Part shown: one piece after another, positions 34,482 through 43,307 of the stretch
Numbering within the stretch: the first letter of the stretch is position 1
Layout of the letters: each line of letters starts with the position of its first letter
NCBI GenBank assembly: GCA_041641305.1
Contig: JBEPYN010000002.1
Location: 96,001 to 160,000 of the forward strand
From: Nitrososphaerota archaeon
GTDB taxonomy: Archaea; Thermoproteota; Nitrososphaeria_A; Caldarchaeales; Caldarchaeaceae
Reading direction: 5' to 3'
DNA: 64,000 nt
Made by a program: the position numbers and the translations under genes
The notes under the pieces: generated by a model
Database searches by the model: none
The model's input: only the letters and a program-made list of their open reading frames with translations
Told to the model about the DNA's origin: nothing

Positions 34482-37211
34482 TCAGCTGCTCATGATGCGT
34501 CGCAGCACATACTGGAGTATGCCGCCGTGTCTATAGTATTCGACCTCTATTTTTGTGTCGAGACGTGTTATGACGTTGAATTTCTTGACTTCGCCGTTGT
34601 CGCTGACGGCCTCGACGGTTAGTTTTTTGCCGGGTGTTAGACCCTCTGATATCCCATGTATTGTGTAGCGTTCGCGGCCGGTGAGTCCGAGCTGCCTCCA
34701 TCCCTCGCCCTCCATGAACTGGAGAGGCAGCACACCCATGCCGACAAGGTTGCTCCTATGGATGCGTTCATAGCTCTCCGCAATCACAGCTCTGACGCCG
34801 AGTAGACGTGTGCCCTTCGCTGCCCAGTCACGTGAGCTACCCGCACCATACATCTTCCCAGCCAAAACAATCAAAGGAATACCGGCTTCTTTGTAACGCA
34901 TCGCAGCATCATAGACTGTTGTAACCTCGCCTGTCGGATGATACAGCGTCCACCAGCCTTCCTTACCCTCCACCAAAAGGTTCTTCAGACGAATGTTCGC
35001 GAATGTCCCGCGTATCATGACCTCGTGGTTTCCTCTTCTTGCACCGTAGGTGTTGAAGTCAACGGGGTCTACGCCTTTCTCTATGAGGTATTTGCCTGCT
35101 GGGCTGTTGACTGGGATTGCGCCGGCGGGTGAGATGTGGTCGGTTGTGATGCGGTCGCCGACTAGGATGAGGACGCGGGCGTTGACTATGTCGTCCGGCT
35201 CCTTAGGCGTCTTCGACATGTTGATGAAGTAGGGCGGCTCACGGACGTAGGTGGAGCTCTCATCCCACTGGAACACCTCTCCAACAGGAGCGGGCAGCCT
35301 CTCCCACCTCTCCTCACCCTTCAATATGTCAGCATATTTTTTGATAAAGAGCTCCGGTGTAATGGCTTGGTTGATGACCGACTTTATCTCCTCGAGGCTG
35401 GGCCAGATGTCGCGGAGGTAGACTGGCCTACCGTCTGAGCCGATGCCCAGCGGCTCGTTGAACATGTCGATGTCTATGCGGCCGGCGAGTCCATACGCGA
35501 CCACAAGCATAGGTGACATGAGGTAGCTGGCTCTCACATGCGGATTTATCCGGCCCTCGAAGTTTCTGTTTCCGCTGAGCACCGCGACGGTGTAGAGGTT
35601 TCTCTCCTTTATCTGTTGAACAATATGCTCGGGTAATGGACCGCTGTTGCCGATGCATGTTGTACACCCGTAGCCCACCAGGCTGTAGCCAAGCTTCTCG
35701 AGATAAGGTGTAAGACCCGCTTTCTCGAGATACTCTGTCACGGCCATCGAGCCGGGTGCGAGGCTCGTCTTGACGTAGGGTGGTGTACGTAGGCCTTTTT
35801 CCACGGCTTTTTTCGCAAGCAGCCCCGCCCCGATCATCACCGAGGGGTTTGATGTGTTGGTGCAGCTGGTTATAGCCGATATCACCACCGAGCCGTGAGA
35901 AAGTCCATCAACCCCGCTGCCTGTTTTCTTCTGCACGGTGGTCACGGAGGCCTTCGGCGCCCCGCCTTCATAGCTCCACTCACGCTCGTTAACATCATCA
36001 ACAGATATCCCGGCCTGTTTGAGATAAGCCAGCATGATTTCACGCGTCCGCCTCTTAGCCTCCCTAAGCGGTATACGGTCCTCAGGGTTGGCGGGCCCTG
36101 CGATAGAGGGCTCCACCGTTGACAAGTCAAGCTCCAGCGCAGTGTTGTACACAGGTGTTTCCGCGGGGTTGTAGAAGAGGCCCTGCATCTTCGCATATTC
36201 TTCGACGATGCGTATGTGTTCCTCTGGCCTGCCTGTCATGCGTAGATAGTTGATGGTTTCACGGTCTATGGGGAAGTAGCCGATGGTTGCGCCGTATTCG
36301 GGGGCCATGTTAGCTATGGTGGCGCGGTCTGGGACGCTGAGCTTCGAGAGGCTTGGGCCGAAGAACTCGACAAACTTGCCGACCACGCCATGTTTTCTAA
36401 GCATCTCCGTGATTGTTAAGACAAGGTCTGTCGCCGTAGTGCCTTCACGCAGCCCGCCGACAAGTTTCACACCCACAACCTCGGGCGTGGTCATGTAGTA
36501 GGGCTGGCCCAGCATAACCGCCTCCGCCTCGATTCCTCCGACACCCCATCCAACCACGCCCAGCCCATTAACCATCGGAGTATGCGAATCCGTTCCCAGC
36601 ACAGTGTCAGGGAAAGCGGTTAAAACCCCGTCAAAACCACGCACATCAACAACCTTCGCCAAATACTCGAGGTTGACTTGGTGAACAATACCTCTGCCCG
36701 GCGGTATCACGCGGAAGTTTCTAAAAGCATTCTGCGCCCACTTGAGAAAAACATAGCGCTCAGTGTTGCGTTTGAATTCGTAGTCGAGGTTGAGGCTGAA
36801 CGCCTCGGATGTTCCATAGAAGTCAACCTGAATAGAGTGGTCTATGACGAGGTCAACCGGGATGCTTGGGTTAACTTTAGCGGGGTCTTGGCCGACGCGT
36901 TTAACAGCAGACCGCATGGCCGCGAGGTCAACCAGCGCAGGCACACCCGTAAAGTCCTGTAAGAGAACACGAGACGGGAAGAACGGGACCTCTCTTTTCC
37001 CACCATGCAGATAATTAGCAGCCTCCCTCACATCATCATCCGTGCAGATAAACCCGTCCTCGTTCCGCAGCACATTCTCCACAAAAACCCTAATGCTGTA
37101 GGGAAGCTTAGCCAATTGAAGGATACCCTGCTCCTCCAAAACCTTCAGCGAATAATAACGCATCCTCCTGCCATCAACCACAAACTCCCTGGCGGCTAAA
37201 TCCCGCAACAA
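34482..37211 (-). CDS. acnA: Aconitate hydratase A
   Basis: LQDFTGVP, DHSIQVD, GTDSHT, AITSCTNTSNP, GCTTCIGNSG, SGNRNFEGR, TTDHISPAG, GSSRDWAAKG. Confidence 0.97.
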   Translation of the reverse strand: MLRDLAAREFVVDGRRMRYYSLKVLEEQGILQLAKLPYSIRVFVENVLRNEDGFICTDDDVREAANYLHGGKREVPFFPSRVLLQDFTGVPALVDLAAMRSAVKRVGQDPAKVNPSIPVDLVIDHSIQVDFYGTSEAFSLNLDYEFKRNTERYVFLKWAQNAFRNFRVIPPGRGIVHQVNLEYLAKVVDVRGFDGVLTAFPDTVLGTDSHTPMVNGLGVVGWGVGGIEAEAVMLGQPYYMTTPEVVGVKLVGGLREGTTATDLVLTITEMLRKHGVVGKFVEFFGPSLSKLSVPDRATIANMAPEYGATIGYFPIDRETINYLRMTGRPEEHIRIVEEYAKMQGLFYNPAETPVYNTALELDLSTVEPSIAGPANPEDRIPLREAKRRTREIMLAYLKQAGISVDDVNEREWSYEGGAPKASVTTVQKKTGSGVDGLSHGSVVISAITSCTNTSNPSVMIGAGLLAKKAVEKGLRTPPYVKTSLAPGSMAVTEYLEKAGLTPYLEKLGYSLVGYGCTTCIGNSGPLPEHIVQQIKERNLYTVAVLSGNRNFEGRINPHVRASYLMSPMLVVAYGLAGRIDIDMFNEPLGIGSDGRPVYLRDIWPSLEEIKSVINQAITPELFIKKYADILKGEERWERLPAPVGEVFQWDESSTYVREPPYFINMSKTPKEPDDIVNARVLILVGDRITTDHISPAGAIPVNSPAGKYLIEKGVDPVDFNTYGARRGNHEVMIRGTFANIRLKNLLVEGKEGWWTLYHPTGEVTTVYDAAMRYKEAGIPLIVLAGKMYGAGSSRDWAAKGTRLLGVRAVIAESYERIHRSNLVGMGVLPLQFMEGEGWRQLGLTGRERYTIHGISEGLTPGKKLTVEAVSDNGEVKKFNVITRLDTKIEVEYYRHGGILQYVLRRIMSS

Positions 37212-37316
37212 CCCAACCCATGTGCAAAAAAGCAGCTATTAAACCAAAACATCCACCACACAAAATACCGAAGTCTTGCTTAACGTTTTTAACCAAGTTC
37301 ATGCAGGAAAAACTAA

Positions 37317-39557
37317 ATGCGCTCAGCAGCGTTTACTATACTGCTTGTTGTTGTTTTAAGCCTGCTACCGCACAGCAGCTGGTCTTTCCCCACGCCTCAG
37401 CAGACATCGGACGAATATCGTGTTTTGCCCATAGAGGGCGACCTGTTGGTCAATGTTTTCTTCTACGACGTGGACCCGCAGTGGTTTGGTGCTAGAAACC
37501 TTAACGAGTTGTTGAACATGGTTATCGAAACCGGGATAATCCGGGATAAGGCCCGTTCCCAGATAGCAGCCTTCACCACGGACGAGAACTTGGCCCCATT
37601 CACGTTTGATATTTCATTACGCTTCATAATTCCATCCAACGACATCGTGTCAGAGTATCGTCAACGAATGCGTTCTCTTGTCTCTAAAACACCTTTCCAA
37701 GTGGCCCAGAAAGCTGTTGAGTTTGCAGTGGCCTGGGGTATGCCGCTTGGATGGACCGACCAGACAATAAAGGCCCGCGACGCTTTACGGGTCTTCGCCA
37801 CACTCACCGAAGAATATTTCCCAGAAGTAGCCGGAGGCTACGCAATTTTCTTCTTCTGCAGCATACCTTTCATGAACGGTGAAAGACCAGTCATCTACTA
37901 CACATTCGGCCAATCACCCGACACCGGAAGATACCTGGCCGACTTCGGCATAACGATTTTCGGCGGCCCATGGTGGGGCAGATACTATTACATAGACATC
38001 TGCTCATTTCCGCCCCCACGCTTCCGCGACGTTATCAGACCCATTTACAACATCGGAACCCCGGAGGAACGCGTGACCTATCTCGCAACTCTCATAGACC
38101 TGCTGATAGACATGGGTGGCTTCGTCAAGTCGACTGTTTACCAGCCCAAGTATGGTCTCCAGACCCTTGTAGATGTGGTGGTTATTGATGCTACGGTGGC
38201 TGGTGTCGGTTTCGACATGTTGGTGCGGTACTTTGACGCCGAGATGATGCTGAAAGCCTATACCACTTTGTTGCCTTACAACAAGTTCAACATAAGGCTG
38301 AAACGAGTTGACTTGGCCACGGTGCCTGAGCTGAGAAACACCCTCGTATACACGCAGCAAGGCATTCTCCTCAAAACTTACCAAGCCTATGACATCCTTA
38401 GGCAGAAGGGATACATCGAGGCTTTGGGCGAGCAGCGATACACATACATGCCTGTGATTGTTCTGGTTACGACCACGAACTCGTTCATAGAGGAGCCGGG
38501 TGTACTCGGCCAGGCCTCGCCTGACCCAGATAACCCCACGAAACCCCATCACGCATCGGCGGCAGTTTACTACGAACACATGATAGAACAAGGTATGACC
38601 GTCCTCGTGACACATGAGGCAGGCCACATCTTCGGGCTAAGACACCCCCATGACGACTATGACGAGTATCGCAAATCTCAGTCCAGCTTCTTCCCGCTGA
38701 CATACTTCACCGAAACAATCATGAGCTATAGCGTTTCCTGGGCTTCAGCCGTTGAGCAGAACCTTGTCTTCCCCAACCACTATCCCATGAGAACCTTCTA
38801 CAGCATCTTCGACCTCGACAACATCGACCGTGCCACAATCATCCTACTGCTACAAAACTACGAACAAAACATCCAAACAATTTTATCAACGCTTGAACGC
38901 AACAACATGCGTTTACAGGATATCCCGGAACTTGAGCAGGTGCTTAACGCGGCGAAAGAGATGGCCCGGCTCTCGGTACAAGAGTTTAAGAAACATAACT
39001 ACTTCAACAGACTCACTTTCAAGGGCCTCGGCGCCCAGCATGAAACAGCCTTCGACCTCGCTTTCACCGCTTGGCTATACACAGAGAACACCAAAAACTA
39101 CCTACTCCCGGGCTTGGTTGACGAGCAGCGGAGACTGGGAGGCGAGATCTCACAGCTAACACAGCTGCGTGACCAGCTTAGGAGCGAGGCCGAGAAGGCG
39201 CAGAGAGACCTCGACGATGCACGGGCTAGGCTTGAGGAGAAGAGAAGGGAGCTGTCTGACGCTGAATCACAGCTAAACCAGCTTGAGAAAGCCGTCAGCG
39301 ACGCTGAGGAACGTGCCGCAAAAGCTAAGGCAACAGCAAAAGACATAGAGAACCTTGAAAACAGCTTGAGCAGGGTTTCAGCCGATGTTGAGAAGATGCG
39401 TGAAAGAGTGGAGTCTCTTAGACAGCAGACCAACCTGCTTATTGGTGTCGCGGTGGTTGGGGCGGTTGCCGTCGGAGGAGCCGCTATAGTTGGGCGCAGG
39501 TTCACAACAAGGAGGAGGATGCCTCCTCCGCCTCCGCCGCCTCCACCTGGCGTCTAA
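37317..39557 (+). CDS. Secreted, membrane-anchored metzincin-type zinc metalloprotease with coiled-coil stalk and poly-Pro tail
   Basis: Signal peptide; HEAGHIFGLRHPHD; Met-turn ETIMSY; about 110-aa coiled coil; TM helix; RRRMP9GV. Confidence 0.85.
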   Translation: MRSAAFTILLVVVLSLLPHSSWSFPTPQQTSDEYRVLPIEGDLLVNVFFYDVDPQWFGARNLNELLNMVIETGIIRDKARSQIAAFTTDENLAPFTFDISLRFIIPSNDIVSEYRQRMRSLVSKTPFQVAQKAVEFAVAWGMPLGWTDQTIKARDALRVFATLTEEYFPEVAGGYAIFFFCSIPFMNGERPVIYYTFGQSPDTGRYLADFGITIFGGPWWGRYYYIDICSFPPPRFRDVIRPIYNIGTPEERVTYLATLIDLLIDMGGFVKSTVYQPKYGLQTLVDVVVIDATVAGVGFDMLVRYFDAEMMLKAYTTLLPYNKFNIRLKRVDLATVPELRNTLVYTQQGILLKTYQAYDILRQKGYIEALGEQRYTYMPVIVLVTTTNSFIEEPGVLGQASPDPDNPTKPHHASAAVYYEHMIEQGMTVLVTHEAGHIFGLRHPHDDYDEYRKSQSSFFPLTYFTETIMSYSVSWASAVEQNLVFPNHYPMRTFYSIFDLDNIDRATIILLLQNYEQNIQTILSTLERNNMRLQDIPELEQVLNAAKEMARLSVQEFKKHNYFNRLTFKGLGAQHETAFDLAFTAWLYTENTKNYLLPGLVDEQRRLGGEISQLTQLRDQLRSEAEKAQRDLDDARARLEEKRRELSDAESQLNQLEKAVSDAEERAAKAKATAKDIENLENSLSRVSADVEKMRERVESLRQQTNLLIGVAVVGAVAVGGAAIVGRRFTTRRRMPPPPPPPPPGV

Positions 39558-41734
39558 GCCCTTCTTCTAAAGAAGACCAGCGTAACCCCTGCTCCGGCGA
39601 ATAAGACAACCGCCACCCCGGTGAGAACCATGTTCAAGCTTTCCAGCTGAGCCGCATCGGCTTGAGCCCGCTGAAGCTCAAGGTTTTTCTCGCTCAGCTC
39701 TTTCTCCAGCTCTGTTTTTCTCTGGCTAAGCTGCTGCAGGTTAGCTGCTTCTCTCTCCAGCTGGGCAAGCTTTTCCTCCAGCTGTGCAGCCCTTTCACGC
39801 GCAGCCGCTATCTGCTGCGTAACCTGGCTAATCTCATCCTCTGTGTTGCTCTTCTCTCTGCGAATCTGCTCCAATCTCTGGGACAACGTCTCGACCTCGT
39901 TTCTGAGCTGCTCAATATCGGGCGTGAGCCTCTGGTTTTGCAGCAAAGCCGCTTCGAGATAGATTTTCATCAAGTCTGTGGCGGCCCATGCCATGAAGGC
40001 GTAGTCGAGAGAGGTGTCAAGCTGTGCGCCGAAGCCTTTGAAAGTGAGGCGGTCGAAGTAGTTGAATTTCTTGAACTCTTCGACAGCCTGTCGAGCCCAC
40101 TGTTTAGCCGTTGACAGAACGGATTTTAGCGTCTGCAGGTCGTCTAACCTGAGGCCAGCCTCATCCAGCTTGCGCAGTATCTCGGCATAGTTTTTCTCAT
40201 AGTTTTGGAGAAGAAGTGAGATGGTGACTCTGTCGATTGCGTCAAGGTCAAAGATGCTCCAGTAGGTCCGAATCGGATAAAATCCCTCCCTCACCGTTTT
40301 TTGCTTAACACCTTCAACCCAGGAGGTACTGTAAACCATGAAAGTCTCCATAGAATCCGTGTAAATCCATTTAGGCCCCACTTCAATTTCATTCACCTCG
40401 TCAAAATCGTCGTGAGGATGTCTAAGTCCGAGAACATGTCCTATCTCATGAGCCACTGTGACGGCCATTCCCTCGTAGAACAACGAGTAATAGCTAGCCC
40501 CAGCTGTTGCCACTAAACCATACATGGGCTGCTCAGGGTTTTCCAAGGCAATCCCCAGAGCCGGGCCCCAGTCCTCAAAACCAGGTATCAAAACACCTGT
40601 GCTATACTGTGTTACAACAATTATTGTGGGGACGTATTTGTATTCCTCTGTTTCAGCCTCGATTATTCCAGCTGATTTTAAAATGTCGTAGGCTTGGTAG
40701 GGGTCGAAAACAGCCACCTGCTCCTTTCCTCTACGCGTCTCAAACTCATCAACTCTTATGATTGATGAGAAGCCGGGAATTTCATCGACATCATAGAGTC
40801 TTAGGCGGAAGCTGTAGAAGTTATACGGCGTTAAAGTTCTCAACGACGCCTCCGTGAGCTCGATGTCGAAGGAATTCACCAACGTTTCAAAGTTGATACC
40901 CTGTCCAGAAGCATCTACAACTATAACGTCGACGAGAATCTGAAGGTTGTAATATGGAAGATATACCGTGGACTTGACAAACTGGTAGTCAATCAACTCG
41001 TCGACATACTTGGACAATAGTTGAACTCTTTCCTGCGTAGACTGGATAGATAGAACAGATGGATATTCGTCACCTGAGCCGTAGCCTGCACAGATATCGA
41101 TGAAAACATATCTTCCCCACCAAGCGCCTCCATACATGTTCAGAAACAAAACGCCTCCTACTTTCCCGGTCTCAGGCAATATGCCGTAGGTGTAGTAGTT
41201 GGCGCTTTTGCCGAGCGCGTTTACGCTGCAGATGAAGAAAATGGTGTAGCCCTCAAAGGGTGTCTGCAGATACTTATTTGAAAGGTCGATGAGAGTTTTG
41301 AGGGCTGTTGGTGCATGAATACCCGATAATGAGCCGTTGTACTTCTTTTGTATGAGAAGATCCCGTGGAACAGGCTGGTTTAAGCTACGCCAATCGGACC
41401 TGAACTCCTGCAGCGCCGCGCTTCTCAGCTGGAAACCACGCAGCAACACGTCATAGCTGTAGGGTGCGTAAAGGATGCCTTGGTCGGTATACCATGTAAG
41501 CGCAGACTTGGCCTCAGCCCTAACCCCGGTGGCAACCCTCCTCAGCAAATCCTCCAAACCATTCACGCCGAAAAGCGTAAAATCAACATCTACGAAAACG
41601 AGGTTGACCACCAAATCGGACTCGATGGGGAGAACCCTGTAGTCTTCCTGAGCAAAACCATGTGGTAGAAGCGAGGTTAGAAAAAGCATGGCCAGTAGGC
41701 AGACGAGGAAAGCTCTCATTGTCAATTCGGGCAA
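39554..41734 (-). CDS. Secreted, membrane-anchored metzincin-type zinc metalloprotease with coiled-coil stalk (paralogue)
   Basis: Signal peptide; HEIGHVLGLRHPHD; ETFMVY; coiled coil; TM helix plus RRRA. Confidence 0.85.
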   Translation of the reverse strand: MPELTMRAFLVCLLAMLFLTSLLPHGFAQEDYRVLPIESDLVVNLVFVDVDFTLFGVNGLEDLLRRVATGVRAEAKSALTWYTDQGILYAPYSYDVLLRGFQLRSAALQEFRSDWRSLNQPVPRDLLIQKKYNGSLSGIHAPTALKTLIDLSNKYLQTPFEGYTIFFICSVNALGKSANYYTYGILPETGKVGGVLFLNMYGGAWWGRYVFIDICAGYGSGDEYPSVLSIQSTQERVQLLSKYVDELIDYQFVKSTVYLPYYNLQILVDVIVVDASGQGINFETLVNSFDIELTEASLRTLTPYNFYSFRLRLYDVDEIPGFSSIIRVDEFETRRGKEQVAVFDPYQAYDILKSAGIIEAETEEYKYVPTIIVVTQYSTGVLIPGFEDWGPALGIALENPEQPMYGLVATAGASYYSLFYEGMAVTVAHEIGHVLGLRHPHDDFDEVNEIEVGPKWIYTDSMETFMVYSTSWVEGVKQKTVREGFYPIRTYWSIFDLDAIDRVTISLLLQNYEKNYAEILRKLDEAGLRLDDLQTLKSVLSTAKQWARQAVEEFKKFNYFDRLTFKGFGAQLDTSLDYAFMAWAATDLMKIYLEAALLQNQRLTPDIEQLRNEVETLSQRLEQIRREKSNTEDEISQVTQQIAAARERAAQLEEKLAQLEREAANLQQLSQRKTELEKELSEKNLELQRAQADAAQLESLNMVLTGVAVVLFAGAGVTLVFFRRRA

Positions 41735-41763
41735 AGAAGTCGTTTATATTTTTATTTTTTTAG

Positions 41764-42090
41764 CTATTGTTTGTTTTGTTTTTTGAGCATGTCTTCAAGC
41801 GTGTAGGTTGATGGTGGTGGAGGTGTTTTCCCTGTGAGCTTTTCCTCGACTGCTACGGTGAGAAGGCTTGTTTTCAACACTTTCTCAAGACGTTTTACCA
41901 GGTCGAGGGGTGGGTTGAACTCGTTCTGCTCAATCTTCTTGATGATTGTTTCTTTCGTCTTCACGAGGGCTGCCAGCTCAGCCTGCGAGAGACCAAGCTT
42001 CTCCCTCTCACGTCGAACAACCTGTCCAAGATCATCCACATACTCATACTCTATCTCGAAATCTTTTCGTCCACGAGCTGGCTTAGCCAT
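41764..42090 (-). CDS. Archaeal multiprotein bridging factor 1 (HTH_3), lacking the N-terminal Zn ribbon
   Basis: EYVDDLGQVVRREREKLGLSQAELA...KKIEQ..FNP....KRLEKVL..SL...YTLED. Confidence 0.85.
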   Translation of the reverse strand: MAKPARGRKDFEIEYEYVDDLGQVVRREREKLGLSQAELAALVKTKETIIKKIEQNEFNPPLDLVKRLEKVLKTSLLTVAVEEKLTGKTPPPPSTYTLEDMLKKQNKQ

Positions 42091-42105
42091 GCATATCCAT
42101 AGTGC

Positions 42106-42798
42106 TTAGGGGGGTTTAAGGTTTTGCTCGATGTAGCAGAGCACGCGTGAGACAACTGTCCAAGCCTCGAGAGGGGTTTGATGTATTGCGAGGGCTTTGT
42201 CGGCGAGGGATTTTGTTTCGGATGTAAAGTCGCCGTGGGGAAAACAGCCAACCATAATCAGAGGCCTTGCATAGCCTGCCAAGGCCGCGGAAAATCTCAA
42301 GGCATTGACATGCTCTCCCCTCTCCGTCAGCAGAATTTTGGTGGACGGGTTAAGGGTCTCGGTCAAGGATTTGAGGGATTTTTTCTCACACCGCAGCAGC
42401 GTCTCACCTGTCTCAGACCTTATCTCCCCCTCTTCGAATAGCTTCTCCACTACGCCTTTAAACCGCTCATATACACGGGGCAGCCTCACACGTGGGTTCA
42501 CATATATGACGAGGCCGCTATTTGTCGAAACGTATGTCTCCAGCTTGTTGGCTTGGTTGAGCGGTGAGCCAAGCGCCTCGAGCAAACAAAAGTGGACAAT
42601 ATCTGGTCTGCCGCGTTTCTCGGCGTCGGGAAGCTTTTTCATGGCGAAATGATGATAAGACTTGTCAAGCAGTATCTGGCCCGGCTTTTTCCCACGCCGC
42701 CTAGCATCCTTAACAACAGCGGGATGCCCCTGTATCTCGGGTGGAACAGTCTCAAGCGCAGCCTCCACCAAAACTAGGAAAACCTTCTCCAACAACAA
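42106..42798 (-). CDS. nep1: 16S rRNA pseudouridine N1-methyltransferase Nep1/Emg1
   Basis: EAALETVP, LLDKSYHH, RGRPDIVH, SPLN, RLPRVYERF.G, VGCFPHGDF. Confidence 0.93.
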   Translation of the reverse strand: MLLEKVFLVLVEAALETVPPEIQGHPAVVKDARRRGKKPGQILLDKSYHHFAMKKLPDAEKRGRPDIVHFCLLEALGSPLNQANKLETYVSTNSGLVIYVNPRVRLPRVYERFKGVVEKLFEEGEIRSETGETLLRCEKKSLKSLTETLNPSTKILLTERGEHVNALRFSAALAGYARPLIMVGCFPHGDFTSETKSLADKALAIHQTPLEAWTVVSRVLCYIEQNLKPP

Positions 42799-43040
42799 GC
42801 AACCGGAAAACCCTATAGGCCACAGACCACTTAAACCTGTCCATAGAGTACCATGTAGATGTGCAAGCTAGGCTGATGCCAAACATCACAAGAACCGCGA
42901 AGGGAAATACGGTTTGAACACTTCGCTTATCCTAAATCCCTGCAACAGCAAATACGTGTTACAAACACCATCATCAACACTGCCAGAGAAAAAAATTAGC
43001 CTCGGCGTTACCGGGTTTGAAGCTGGTTTCGGAGAGGGCT

Positions 43041-43264
43041 AAGGATGGGACCATGCGTCTCATGGGTCAGCCCAACTGGCTAGAAGAGATACTTGTGAAA
43101 GGCTTGGAGAGAAACATCGTCTGGCCGGCATAATGGTCGCGGAAAACGTGGTAATGGTCTACGCCCCAAGAAATGAGGACGAGATAGACACTGTCTACAA
43201 CATCGTTCTACTAGTGGGCAAAGAATACCAGACCCTAGTAGCGTTTAATAGCCAGCCGAGGTAG
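43041..43264 (+). pseudogene. Fragment of a luciferase-like (DUF5519-type) domain gene
   Basis: DGTMRL...EEILVKG /frameshift/ GEKHRLAG..VMVYAPRNEDEIDTVYNIV. Confidence 0.5.
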
Positions 43265-43307
43265 TTGATGGACTTTTTTATCGAGGGTTGTCGGTGTTTG
43301 AGACGTC

